A stretch of 64,000 bases of DNA from an uncultured bacterium (GTDB lineage: Bacteria; Chlamydiota; Chlamydiia; Chlamydiales; JAAKFR01): positions 1,951 through 65,950 of the forward strand of contig CAYGJC010000009.1 in NCBI GenBank assembly GCA_964350245.1, given 5' to 3'. Under the pieces are notes generated by a model. That model saw only the letters and a program-made list of their open reading frames with translations, had not been told where the DNA came from and did not search any database. Below are positions 28,811 through 37,570 of the stretch, piece by piece. How positions within the stretch are numbered: position 1 is the first letter of the stretch; the number at the start of each line of letters is the position of its first letter. A program made the position numbers and the translations under genes.

Positions 28811-30295
28811 TCAAGTCGCATATTCGATCGCCCGCTTTTCACGGATAACCGTGACTTTAATCTTTCCGGGATAGCTCAGTTCGTGCTCAATTTGCCGGGC
28901 AATTGACCGGGCTAGATGGAGAGTCGCGGCGTCATCAAATCGATCGGGCTCAACAATCACTCGAATCTCACGTCCTGCTTGCAGAGCGTAGGCCTGCTCA
29001 ACGCCTTCAAATTGGGTTGAAATACGTTCGAGTCTGTGAGCGCGTTTTAGATAGTTTTCTAATGCTTCGACTCGGGCTCCCGGTCTGCCGCCTGAAATTT
29101 TATCGGCAGCTCCACAGAGACTTGCTTCGATCGAAGTAGGAAGAATCTCTTCATGATGACATCCAATTCCATTCGCCACCCATTCACTCTCACCGTACCG
29201 CAGAGCCTGATCCCGTCCAATCAGAGCGTGAGAGCCCTCTACTTCGTGTGAAACCGCTTTTCCAATGTCGTGTAAAAGACCAATTCGCCTTGCAAGCGCG
29301 CAATCGAGATCCAGTTCACTGGCAATCATGCCCATCAATCGACTGACCTCAACGGAGTGTTCTAAAACATTTTGTCCATAGCTAAAGCGGAAATTTAATT
29401 GCCCAAGAAGAGTCAATAGATCGGGGTGCAGGCCCATAACTGAGGCCCGGAGTGCCGCGTCTTCTCCGTACTCCTTGATTTCCATTTCCACCCGCTCTTT
29501 TGTTCTTTGCACCACCTCTTCGATGCGTGTGGGATGAATGCGGCCATCTTGGATTAAGGTTTTTAAGGCTTGCTTGGCGATTTCTTTGCGAATCGGATCA
29601 AACCCGGAGATGACAATGGCATTGGGTGTGTCGTCCACGACAAAATTGACGCCGGTCGATTGCTCAAGCGCGCGGATATTCCGCCCCTCGCGACCGATGA
29701 CCCGTCCTTTCATCTCCTGATTGGGAAGAGCAACTGTGATCACAGAAATCTCAGAGGTTGTGGAAAGCGCCATGCGGTTGATTGCAGTGGCAATGATCTG
29801 AGCAGCACTTTTTTTACTCTCTTCTTCTGCTTCTTTTTTCGTTCGTTGAATTAACTTGGCCGTTTCGTGCTGGCACTCTTTGGAGACTTTTTGGAAGAGC
29901 TCGGCGCGTGCTTCGTCCCGGGTTAGGGAAGCCAGGCGCTCTAAATCCTTCAAAACAGCAGCTTGCTTCTCCCGGAGAATGAGGCGCTCCTCCTCGATTT
30001 TATCAAGCTTGGCTTCTCTTTTGCTGATCTCCGAGAGTTTTTTTTCGATCTCTTCGAGTTGCCTGTCAATCTTTTGCTTCTCTTTGAGGCTTTTTTGCTC
30101 AAGCTCTGAGCGGAAGGCAAACTCCCTTTCTTGGAGTTTGAGAGCCAGTGCATTCTCTTTTCGTTCAGCCTCTAGCTGGGCTCTTTGCAGAATTTGCTCA
30201 GAGAGTTTTTCAAAGCCGCCGGTTCTAATCTTGTGGATGAGATAATAGAGGAGAAGTCCGAAGAGAAAGGTCGTGAGCGGTAGCATCACGTTCAT
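28811..30295 (-). CDS. rny: Ribonuclease Y
   Basis: N-terminal TM helix, a Lys/Glu coiled coil, a KH domain (GRVIGREGRNIRALE) and an HD domain (LLHDIGKA). Confidence 0.9.
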   Translation of the reverse strand: MNVMLPLTTFLFGLLLYYLIHKIRTGGFEKLSEQILQRAQLEAERKENALALKLQEREFAFRSELEQKSLKEKQKIDRQLEEIEKKLSEISKREAKLDKIEEERLILREKQAAVLKDLERLASLTRDEARAELFQKVSKECQHETAKLIQRTKKEAEEESKKSAAQIIATAINRMALSTTSEISVITVALPNQEMKGRVIGREGRNIRALEQSTGVNFVVDDTPNAIVISGFDPIRKEIAKQALKTLIQDGRIHPTRIEEVVQRTKERVEMEIKEYGEDAALRASVMGLHPDLLTLLGQLNFRFSYGQNVLEHSVEVSRLMGMIASELDLDCALARRIGLLHDIGKAVSHEVEGSHALIGRDQALRYGESEWVANGIGCHHEEILPTSIEASLCGAADKISGGRPGARVEALENYLKRAHRLERISTQFEGVEQAYALQAGREIRVIVEPDRFDDAATLHLARSIARQIEHELSYPGKIKVTVIREKRAIEYAT

Positions 30296-31623
30296 TCTTC
30301 GCTCTCTTTATGCCGGGAACTGACACGCACTTTTTCGATACTGCGTTCAGAGGCGCTCAATATTTCTAGATCGAAGTCTTCATGGTGGATGCGCAGCCCC
30401 TTCTGTGGAATCGATCCCACCTTATGGAAGATGTAGCCGCCAATTGTGTCGTAGTCTCCCTCTTGGGGGACATGAATATTGAAGATTTCCTCTGCGTCGA
30501 GAATCGACATGCGTGCATCGACAATCCAGCTTCCTCCTCCAGGCTGCGCCGTATAGAGAAGCTCCTCATCGACATCATACTCGTCTGCAATCTCTCCCAC
30601 AATTTCTTCTAAAATATCTTCCATCGTGACTACGCCTTCAGTCCCGCCATACTCATCCACCACAATGGCCATATGCATCTGCTTGGTGCGGAATTCTTGA
30701 AGAAGGTGAGAGACTTTTTTAGTCTCAGGCGTGTAAAAGACACTTTTAGCGATGGTTTCAATCGGAGCGTCCAGTAAAGAGGTCTCCTTCTTGCCTTCCA
30801 AGCACGCCATGTAGAGCTCAAGGATGTCTTTAAACATCAAAACACCGATGATATTATCCACACTCTCTTTGTAGACAGGGGTTCGGCTATATCCCTCCTC
30901 CACGAGTGCCTGGGCGGCCACGCGAATCGGGGTCTCTCCACCGAGACTGAAAAGATCGACCCTAGGGACCATCACTTCACGTACAATACGGTCTTTAAAT
31001 TTCACCACCGACTCAATCAACTTTTTATCTGTGGCATTGAGTTTTCCTTTGACATCAGCCGTATGGAGGATATGTACAATGGTCTCCTTCATTTCCTCAA
31101 GAGGATCGCCGCCTCGGACTTTCTCCTGCACACGGGTGGTGTAGTCAGCAAACTTCAGGACTATAAAGGAGAAAGGGAAGGAGAGGAAAAGGAAAAAAGA
31201 GGCAAAAGCAAATGAAAAAGAGAGGGCATATTCAGGTTTACGAATCGCCCAGAGGCGAGGAAAAAAATCTCCGATCAGTAGAATCATAAACAAAAGAAGA
31301 ACTAAAACCCAAACCACATGGATGGGCGACAAGGCGGGAAAGTAAAGAAGAGCAAAAACAGCCGTAGAAGCATATCCCAGGCGGGCCAAGTTTTCCCCAA
31401 GCGTTGCGGAAAAAATAATCAGCTCAAAGGGAGGGTTTTTAAACAACAAGGAGTGAAAAGGATAGTAGAAAAAACGGTAGGGGTAGTTTTTTACAAGCTC
31501 TAAAGAGCGCGTTTCACCAAGACGGGTAAGGGCGTGGGTCGCCGTTGTCAAGAAAAACGCCCAGATCAGAAAAAAAGCGGAGAGGAGAATACAGCCCGTT
31601 AGCATATTTAACCAATTATCCAC
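30292..31623 (-). CDS. DUF21/CBS-pair/CorC_HlyC membrane protein (TlyC/hemolysin-like)
   Basis: Four N-terminal TM helices, two CBS repeats and the C-terminal transporter-associated domain. Confidence 0.85.
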   Translation of the reverse strand: MDNWLNMLTGCILLSAFFLIWAFFLTTATHALTRLGETRSLELVKNYPYRFFYYPFHSLLFKNPPFELIIFSATLGENLARLGYASTAVFALLYFPALSPIHVVWVLVLLLFMILLIGDFFPRLWAIRKPEYALSFSFAFASFFLFLSFPFSFIVLKFADYTTRVQEKVRGGDPLEEMKETIVHILHTADVKGKLNATDKKLIESVVKFKDRIVREVMVPRVDLFSLGGETPIRVAAQALVEEGYSRTPVYKESVDNIIGVLMFKDILELYMACLEGKKETSLLDAPIETIAKSVFYTPETKKVSHLLQEFRTKQMHMAIVVDEYGGTEGVVTMEDILEEIVGEIADEYDVDEELLYTAQPGGGSWIVDARMSILDAEEIFNIHVPQEGDYDTIGGYIFHKVGSIPQKGLRIHHEDFDLEILSASERSIEKVRVSSRHKESEE

Positions 31624-32080
31624 GTAAAAGAAGTTTTTGTCGAATCAACGGTTCCATGTTGCGCGCTTCAGCTGCGCGCATTTCAAGACGGTCTTCTTGT
31701 TCAATATCATCATAACCAATGAGATGGAGCAGACCATGGATTAAATAAAGAGTGAGTTCGCGGTAGCACTCTTCATTGATTCCTTCGCCTGATTTGAGCA
31801 CGTAGTCGACAGCCGTTTTGGGGCAGATGAAAATTTCTCCAAGAATGTGATAGCCTCCTCCCTCTTCTTCTTGATCTAGAGGAAAAGAGATGCAGTCCGT
31901 TGGAGAGGGATCGTTGAAAAATTCGTGATGAAGGCGGATGATTTCTTCTGTGGAGACAAAATAAACAGCCACCTCGTCGGTGGCTTGTTTTTCTTGAGAA
32001 AGAAGGTGTTTCACAACCGGCTTGACAGATTCAACCTGAATAGGCAGGTCTTCTTGCTGATCAAATACAAGAACCTTCAT
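31616..32080 (-). CDS. ybeY: rRNA maturation endoribonuclease YbeY
   Basis: HGLLHLIGYDD zinc site. Confidence 0.9.
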   Translation of the reverse strand: MKVLVFDQQEDLPIQVESVKPVVKHLLSQEKQATDEVAVYFVSTEEIIRLHHEFFNDPSPTDCISFPLDQEEEGGGYHILGEIFICPKTAVDYVLKSGEGINEECYRELTLYLIHGLLHLIGYDDIEQEDRLEMRAAEARNMEPLIRQKLLLRG

Positions 32081-32102
32081 GTCCGAAGATGTGGTTGTTG
32101 CA

Positions 32103-32264
32103 TTAAGCGATAGGAGGTGTTTTAGGAAGCCCGGTCGCGCGCGTGTTTTTCTCTTTGTCCCAACGTCCTAATTTTTTTAGAACCTCGATCCGCTCGAAAC
32201 GTTTCAACACGTTGCGTTTCTGGCCCCCTTTAGTTGATTTTCCGTAACTTTTATGGCGTGACAT
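32103..32264 (-). CDS. Small basic protein (53 aa), not in the supplied ORF track
   Basis: My own translation: MSRHKSYGKSTKGGQKRNVLKRFERIEVLKKLGRWDKEKNTRATGLPKTPPIA. The RNVLKRFERI...GLPKT core matches a conserved 'small basic protein' family as I recall it. Confidence 0.6.
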   Translation of the reverse strand: MSRHKSYGKSTKGGQKRNVLKRFERIEVLKKLGRWDKEKNTRATGLPKTPPIA

Positions 32265-32272
32265 ATCTTAAC

Positions 32273-32440
32273 CTATTTAATTTTCGGGATAAAAACGTTT
32301 GCTTCCGTGGACAGGGCATTATCATGCGCCTTAAATCCTTGGGGAAGGTTATCTTTTTTCGGCCCGGTTTTAACTGAAGGTTTCTTGTGCTTACGAGGCG
32401 ACCTGGCCCGTCTCTCTTCTTGTTTACTGGTTCGTGTCAT
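32273..32440 (-). CDS. Second small basic ORF (55 aa), not in the supplied ORF track
   Basis: My own translation: MTRTSKQEERRARSPRKHKKPSVKTGPKKDNLPQGFKAHDNALSTEANVFIPKIK. GGGAGAA lies 3-4 nt upstream of the ATG. The stop is 8 nt before the next small ORF. Confidence 0.4.
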   Translation of the reverse strand: MTRTSKQEERRARSPRKHKKPSVKTGPKKDNLPQGFKAHDNALSTEANVFIPKIK

Positions 32441-32493
32441 CGTTCTCCCTTATAGATAAAGAGGCAAGATCTTACTTTTTTTCTTAAAAAACC

Positions 32494-33135
32494 TCAAGGC
32501 GAAATTTCAGGAGGGAGATCGATCTCATCTGAGGTGATCACACCACATGATATAATATATTTGAATGCTTCTTCGATTTTCATATCGAGATAGATCACCT
32601 CATCTTCCTTATACATCATCAAAAAGCCCGAAGTGGGGTTGGGTGTTGTCGGGACAAAGACGGTAATAAGAGGGACGCCGATTGTCTTTTCGCATAGAGA
32701 GGGAGCCGGGCTACTGACAAGACCGATACAAAAGGCGCCTTCTGTCGGAAAGGGCACCATAACGACCTGCTTAAAAGAGCGTGAGGTGGTACCAAAAATT
32801 GTTTTGATCACTTGCTGTGTGGCTTTGTAGACCGTTTTAATAATGGGAATGCGGTGAAGTACATAGTCATAAACGGAAAGAAGCGACTTGAAGACCACCA
32901 CCCGGGCTAAAAAGCCAAGAAGCACCGTGAAAAAAAAGAGGCCAAAGAGGAGGATAATCTGTAAAATAATGTGAATCGCAGCACTGTATTTGTCAAAAAA
33001 AGGAATTCCGACAAGAAACTGTTCGATAAAGCCGACAAAAGGCTTGGTCAACAGATTAATGATGAAAGCGACAAGGACGACCGTCACCGCAAGAGGGAGC
33101 AGAATGACAAGCCCTGTGATAAAATATTTTTTCAT
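32494..33135 (-). CDS. DUF502 family membrane protein
   Basis: LLPLAVTVVLVAFIINLLTKPF start, two TM helices, and a conserved C-terminal soluble domain. Confidence 0.7.
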   Translation of the reverse strand: MKKYFITGLVILLPLAVTVVLVAFIINLLTKPFVGFIEQFLVGIPFFDKYSAAIHIILQIILLFGLFFFTVLLGFLARVVVFKSLLSVYDYVLHRIPIIKTVYKATQQVIKTIFGTTSRSFKQVVMVPFPTEGAFCIGLVSSPAPSLCEKTIGVPLITVFVPTTPNPTSGFLMMYKEDEVIYLDMKIEEAFKYIISCGVITSDEIDLPPEISP

Positions 33136-33164
33136 GTTCTAATTCTATACCAAGTTTTCGGATT

Positions 33165-35036
33165 TTAGCCCAGTTGCCATTCAACCTCTTTCGTGATCAG
33201 ATCGATCTGCACGGGCTTGACCTCAAGGGCGTCACCTGTTTGAAGCCGTTTCCGTTTCCGGTTCAGCGAGGAGAAGGGGATAAAGCCTTCCAAGAGCAGT
33301 TCGGAGAGCTCAAAGGAAAATCCAAACGATTTGATGGTGGTGACCACAGCCTTGTAGGTATGGTCTGGTTTTTTCTTAAACTGCGTTTCTAGAATACGGA
33401 GCTTTTTCAGTAGGATTACCGCGTTTTCCGCGCGGCTAGAAAGGCGTTCTTTTTCGGAGCAGAGCAGGGCGATCTGGTCAAAATTCTCTTTCCCATCCAC
33501 CTTTTCAAACAAGAGGCGATGGACAACCAGATCAATGTAGCGTCGAATCGGGCTGGTAAAATGGGTATAGTGCTCTAGACCGAGACCATAATGTCCCACG
33601 TTTTGCGTCGAGTAGCTAGCCAGTTTCATACTGCGGATAAACTGAGTAGCCAAAAACTGCCCAAAGGGGCTGCCTCGCGCCTGGTCGAATAGATTTTGGA
33701 GTTCTTCTGCAGAGGGTTTACCGGCTATTTGAAACCCCATTGCTGAGGCAACGGCAGCGAACTCTTTAATGTTCTCCGGATTCGGTTCTTCGTGGATACG
33801 GAATGTAAGCGGTTTGCCCTCTCGGCTTAGGTGAGTAGCTACCACCTCGTTGGCTTTCAGCATAAACTCTTCGACCAGCTGGTGTGTGATATCGTATTCG
33901 ACAAGCTCCACTCCTTTGGGTACTCCGTTTGTATCAATCACAAGTGAGGTGTCAGGCAAAGCAAACTCAATACTTCCCCGCTCCGCCCGTTTGATCTTCA
34001 GACAGCGCATTAGCTCAACCATCAGATTTAATTGTGGTTTAAAGCGGCTCTTTTTCTTGCCATCTAAGACCTCTTTGGCCTCCTCGTAGGTGAACCGCTT
34101 TTTGCTGTGGATCACACCACGTGTGATACGGTAGCTTTTCAGCTCCCCAGTGGAGTCCAAGATCATCATTACCGAAATCGTGAGTCTGTCGACCTTAGGC
34201 TTTAGGCTGCATAAATGACTGGAAAGCTCATGGGGGAGCATAGGTAAAACAGTTCCCGGTAGATAGACCGAATTACATCTCCGCCTAGCTTCACGGTCCA
34301 AAGAGGTCCCTCTTTTTACATAGTGAGAGACATCCGCAATGTGCACCCCCAAGTGAAAGTGACCTTTATTGTCTTTCTCAATGGAAAGAGCATCGTCGAA
34401 GTCCTTGGCTGTTTTGGGGTCAATGGTGAGGCACTCTAAGCTGCGCAGATCCTCTCTTTTCTTGATCTCTTTTTCTGTGACATGCGTTCCAAATGCTTTT
34501 GCTTCATCCAGAGTTTTAGAAGGAAAATCATCATCTAAATCGTACTCTTCAATTGCAGCGCGCACATCACAACTTGGATCGGAGATGTGTCCAATATAGG
34601 CGCTCATCTCTCCTAGGCTATCGCGTTTTGGTGAACCCCAGTCTTGTACATGAATGATGATACGGTCGCCCGGCTGCAGCTCTCTGTCATCAGAAGGAAG
34701 AATCCGCATCTGTTTCTCTTCGCCTAATAGAGGGACATGGGCATAAATCGCTTTTTTTTGCTCGGCATAAGTCACTGTGCCCGCCACATGTGAGCGTCCC
34801 CGCCGGACAATTTTGAGAACGCGCCCTTCCGGTCCTTTTTCAGAAAAAGAGCGTGCGTTGATCTCTACCTCAACCGAATCGCCATCGACAGCACCCTTCG
34901 TGGCGCGCTTGGGAATAAAAACATCTTGGGGATGAGCGGTGCGGTCATCCGGGACCAAGAAGCCAAATCCTCGTTGGTGAACCCGTAGGGTTCCCGTAAC
35001 AGCTTTTTTTTGCTTCATAAATAGAGAGTATAGCAA
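33165..35036 (-). CDS. rnr: Ribonuclease R
   Basis: Cold-shock-like N-domains (GFGFLVPDD), an RNB domain (IDPKTAKDFDDALS, HYGLGLEHYTHFTSPIRRYIDL) and an S1-like C-terminus. Confidence 0.92.
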   Translation of the reverse strand: MLYSLFMKQKKAVTGTLRVHQRGFGFLVPDDRTAHPQDVFIPKRATKGAVDGDSVEVEINARSFSEKGPEGRVLKIVRRGRSHVAGTVTYAEQKKAIYAHVPLLGEEKQMRILPSDDRELQPGDRIIIHVQDWGSPKRDSLGEMSAYIGHISDPSCDVRAAIEEYDLDDDFPSKTLDEAKAFGTHVTEKEIKKREDLRSLECLTIDPKTAKDFDDALSIEKDNKGHFHLGVHIADVSHYVKRGTSLDREARRRCNSVYLPGTVLPMLPHELSSHLCSLKPKVDRLTISVMMILDSTGELKSYRITRGVIHSKKRFTYEEAKEVLDGKKKSRFKPQLNLMVELMRCLKIKRAERGSIEFALPDTSLVIDTNGVPKGVELVEYDITHQLVEEFMLKANEVVATHLSREGKPLTFRIHEEPNPENIKEFAAVASAMGFQIAGKPSAEELQNLFDQARGSPFGQFLATQFIRSMKLASYSTQNVGHYGLGLEHYTHFTSPIRRYIDLVVHRLLFEKVDGKENFDQIALLCSEKERLSSRAENAVILLKKLRILETQFKKKPDHTYKAVVTTIKSFGFSFELSELLLEGFIPFSSLNRKRKRLQTGDALEVKPVQIDLITKEVEWQLG

Positions 35037-35090
35037 AATACTGTTTATTGCTTGCGAAATTTTTAATAATCATTACACTATTAGAATCTT

Positions 35091-35345
35091 ATGGCAGTAT
35101 CATTTCCGCTCATTACATGTTATCGAGGAGTAGAGCAGAGTTCAGAGGTCTGTTTTGTTCTTCCTGTCGATCGTACAACAGGGCTTGTTTTAGCTCTTTT
35201 GGGAGGAAGCATGCTCCTGATCGGTGTTTATCTGATGTATTGCGGCATTGGGACCATTCCTGCCAGCATGAGTGGCTTTGCTCTAGCTCTTTTCGGGGTG
35301 GTCACGCATTTCACAGGGCTCGTCCTGACTGCAAAATCTTTGTAA
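35091..35345 (+). CDS. Small Inc-like membrane protein
   Basis: Bilobed hydrophobic domain LVLALLGGSMLLIGVYLMYCGI-GTIPASMS-GFALALFGVVTHFTGLVLTA. Preferred over the overlapping 35048..35359 frame, whose product is Cys/Arg/Ser-rich. Confidence 0.5.
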   Translation: MAVSFPLITCYRGVEQSSEVCFVLPVDRTTGLVLALLGGSMLLIGVYLMYCGIGTIPASMSGFALALFGVVTHFTGLVLTAKSL

Positions 35346-35421
35346 AATTATTATTTTAAATACCACCTTAATAAAACTTTGTTAAACTATTAACAGATAA
35401 AGAGTTAATGGGAGGTGTGCC

Positions 35422-35667
35422 ATGTCTACACCAGCTTTAGCAGAAAATAGAGCCATGCATTCAGCGGCCGCTATTCCGGTCAATGATGTGAAAGTGAAAG
35501 ATAGCTGCATGCTATTTGTGGTGGTGCTTTTGGCTACCGTAGCACTTGCCGTTGTAGGCTATCAATTAGGGAGCTCTCTTTATCTTTCTGGTGGCATTTC
35601 AGCTGCCGTTTTAGGAACAGCTTGGATAGGGTGTGCATGCTCTCTCTATTTCTTCAGTTCGCGTTAA
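35422..35667 (+). CDS. Small Inc-like membrane protein
   Basis: GGGAGG SD sequence. CMLFVVVLLATVALAVVGYQLG-SSLYLSG-GISAAVLGTAWIGCACSLYFF. Confidence 0.55.
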   Translation: MSTPALAENRAMHSAAAIPVNDVKVKDSCMLFVVVLLATVALAVVGYQLGSSLYLSGGISAAVLGTAWIGCACSLYFFSSR

Positions 35668-35748
35668 AAAAAATCTTATTCTTCTCTTAATAATATTTTT
35701 GTGTTAAAATTCATATCTATTTTTAGTTAATTAAATTAAGGGGTAAAA

Positions 35749-37485
35749 ATGTCCTCATCCGGTAGTTCAGTTAATGAGTCTGTTTCGCCTGTCAATTATG
35801 GACTCACTCTCCGAGAGCTAGCCGCTGTTCGAGTTCAGGTCACTGAAGAACAAGAGCCGCGTAAAATACAAGCGTATGTCAATAGATACGTGCGATTAGA
35901 GTCAGCTAGAAATTCCGCTATCAGGGTAAAAAATCGAGACCGCAATTACACGGTTATTGTGGCCGTAGCTCTGGCTTTGATTGCAGCCGCGGGTGCAGCT
36001 TCTCTGATTGCCACAAGTGGGGGGCCGACGAATATGCTCGCCTTTTATGGAGGGGTGGCGTCTGGCGTACTTTCACTGGGTCTGATCATCTACGCTGTGG
36101 CTATGATTGCCTATACAGCAAAACGTAAACGTCAGTTACAAAGAGACTTCGATAATGCGAGTCTAGCTCAGATCGGTCATGCTGACATTATCGCGCAAAT
36201 GCGTCAACAACAGGCCAGCCGTGAGGTTGTTCAAGAGGTGATTCGCCACATGAGGGGTGAGTCGTTTGCGCAGTTTGTAGGATGTGCACTAACTGGTGAT
36301 GAAAGTAACAATCAACCCATTCTTGAAGCCATAGCTAAGCATGATGCGTGTTCAACTTTGCGTGATGCAGAACAGCTCAGGGCTGTTTTAGAGAAGACTG
36401 AAGTGGCGGTTGCGAGACGCATTATCCAGTCTATTTCGGATGACTTATTTATTGAGCTACTTGTTCTTGTATTGGCTACAGAGGGGACAAACCTTAAGCC
36501 TGCTTTTGCGCAGGATGCGCGGATTGCGAACTGTGAACCTGATTATCAGCTCTCTGTGATGGCAGGGTTAGACCCAGCGGGTCGGACAGCCCTTGTTGCT
36601 AAGCTGGACCAGGCGCACTATCAAGCCCTTGTCCTGAAGATTATAAGGGCTAATAGGATTGAAGAGTACGCACCGGCACTTAAAACTCAGCCGGCAAAAC
36701 TAGCGGCTCTTGTAGATGAGGAGAGTGTTACTGTAGACATCTTAGTCTCATGCTACACTCAAATGAGCTTAGCTGAACGTGCGGCATTCCTCGGGGCATT
36801 ACCGGATGTTTCAACAAGTAGAGATGAGAATCCAAAAAAGTACGACTTAATTCTTAAGTGCTTTCAGCAGACACTCGGTGACGAAATAGCCGATTGGAAT
36901 ACCCAAGATGCGCAGTCACTGCTCGTTCAGTATGCGCGCTATCCGGCGTTTTTCGGAGCTGCGGTTGTACTAGCGGGCATGCCAAGAAAAGTTCCTTTGC
37001 TCCAAGCGTTTCATGCGGCTGCAAATGATGATGCCTGTCAACGTGCGCGGCAGCAAATAGCGACGCAGTATCGTGCTGGAAATTATGCTCAAACAGTAGC
37101 TGCACTTGACGAGATTGCCGGACTCACAGATGTAACTGAGAGAAGTCAGGCAGTCGCTCAGTCAGGCTTAGTAGAGCGATATAAAGATGACCTTGGTGCT
37201 TTCAAAAAAGCGGTTGTGGAGAAAGAAAATTATCCTTTGATCGTGGAGTTTCTCAGCCAATTTGGAGATAGAGCCCCCGCTCATATTGCTCAGTTAGATA
37301 CTAAGGGCATTCCTGGTAGACCCCGATTTATCGTCGTGTTGAAGCATTTGAACGAAGTAGCAGACAAAAAGGAGTTGAAAAGGCAAGCTCTTGATGCTTG
37401 GGATGCGTGGAAGCCCCCATTTGGTGCCACTAAGCCTGCTCATTTGGACTTAGCCAACATACGCGCTCCCGTTCAAGCAGATTAG
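35749..37485 (+). CDS. Inc-like protein with a large helical C-terminal domain of unknown function
   Basis: AAGGGG SD sequence. Bilobed domain YTVIVAVALALIAAAGAASLIA-TSGGPTNM-LAFYGGVASGVLSLGLIIYAVAMIAYTA at residues about 67-124. The remaining 450 or so aa are Ala/Gln-rich with no recognised domain. Confidence 0.6.
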   Translation: MSSSGSSVNESVSPVNYGLTLRELAAVRVQVTEEQEPRKIQAYVNRYVRLESARNSAIRVKNRDRNYTVIVAVALALIAAAGAASLIATSGGPTNMLAFYGGVASGVLSLGLIIYAVAMIAYTAKRKRQLQRDFDNASLAQIGHADIIAQMRQQQASREVVQEVIRHMRGESFAQFVGCALTGDESNNQPILEAIAKHDACSTLRDAEQLRAVLEKTEVAVARRIIQSISDDLFIELLVLVLATEGTNLKPAFAQDARIANCEPDYQLSVMAGLDPAGRTALVAKLDQAHYQALVLKIIRANRIEEYAPALKTQPAKLAALVDEESVTVDILVSCYTQMSLAERAAFLGALPDVSTSRDENPKKYDLILKCFQQTLGDEIADWNTQDAQSLLVQYARYPAFFGAAVVLAGMPRKVPLLQAFHAAANDDACQRARQQIATQYRAGNYAQTVAALDEIAGLTDVTERSQAVAQSGLVERYKDDLGAFKKAVVEKENYPLIVEFLSQFGDRAPAHIAQLDTKGIPGRPRFIVVLKHLNEVADKKELKRQALDAWDAWKPPFGATKPAHLDLANIRAPVQAD

Positions 37486-37507
37486 TCTAGAACGTGGATC
37501 AATTGAA

Positions 37508-37542
37508 CCGTAGATGGGGGAACCTATCTACGGTTTTTTTTT
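37508..37542 (+). terminator. Rho-independent terminator
   Basis: CCGTAGAT (37508-37515) pairs with ATCTACGG (37526-37533), followed by nine T. Confidence 0.8.
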
Positions 37543-37570
37543 ATTTGCAGCTCTGCTACCCTCCTACGCT

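Noticed and set aside
29856-30245. A 129-aa Ser/Arg/Leu/Phe-rich ORF antisense to rny.
   Set aside because: It mirrors the Lys/Glu-rich coiled-coil coding region of RNase Y. The composition is what reverse-complementing GAA/AAG-rich codons produces.
35048-35359. A 103-aa ORF overlapping the 84-aa Inc-like ORF in another frame.
   Set aside because: The product is Cys/Arg/Ser/His-rich and lacks any domain. The 84-aa frame gives a clean bilobed hydrophobic protein like its neighbours.
37514-37570. The listed upstream start for leuS (MGEPIYGFFLFAALLPSYA...).
   Set aside because: These codons are read through the terminator stem and T-tract. The canonical LeuRS N-terminus begins at the Met at 37571.
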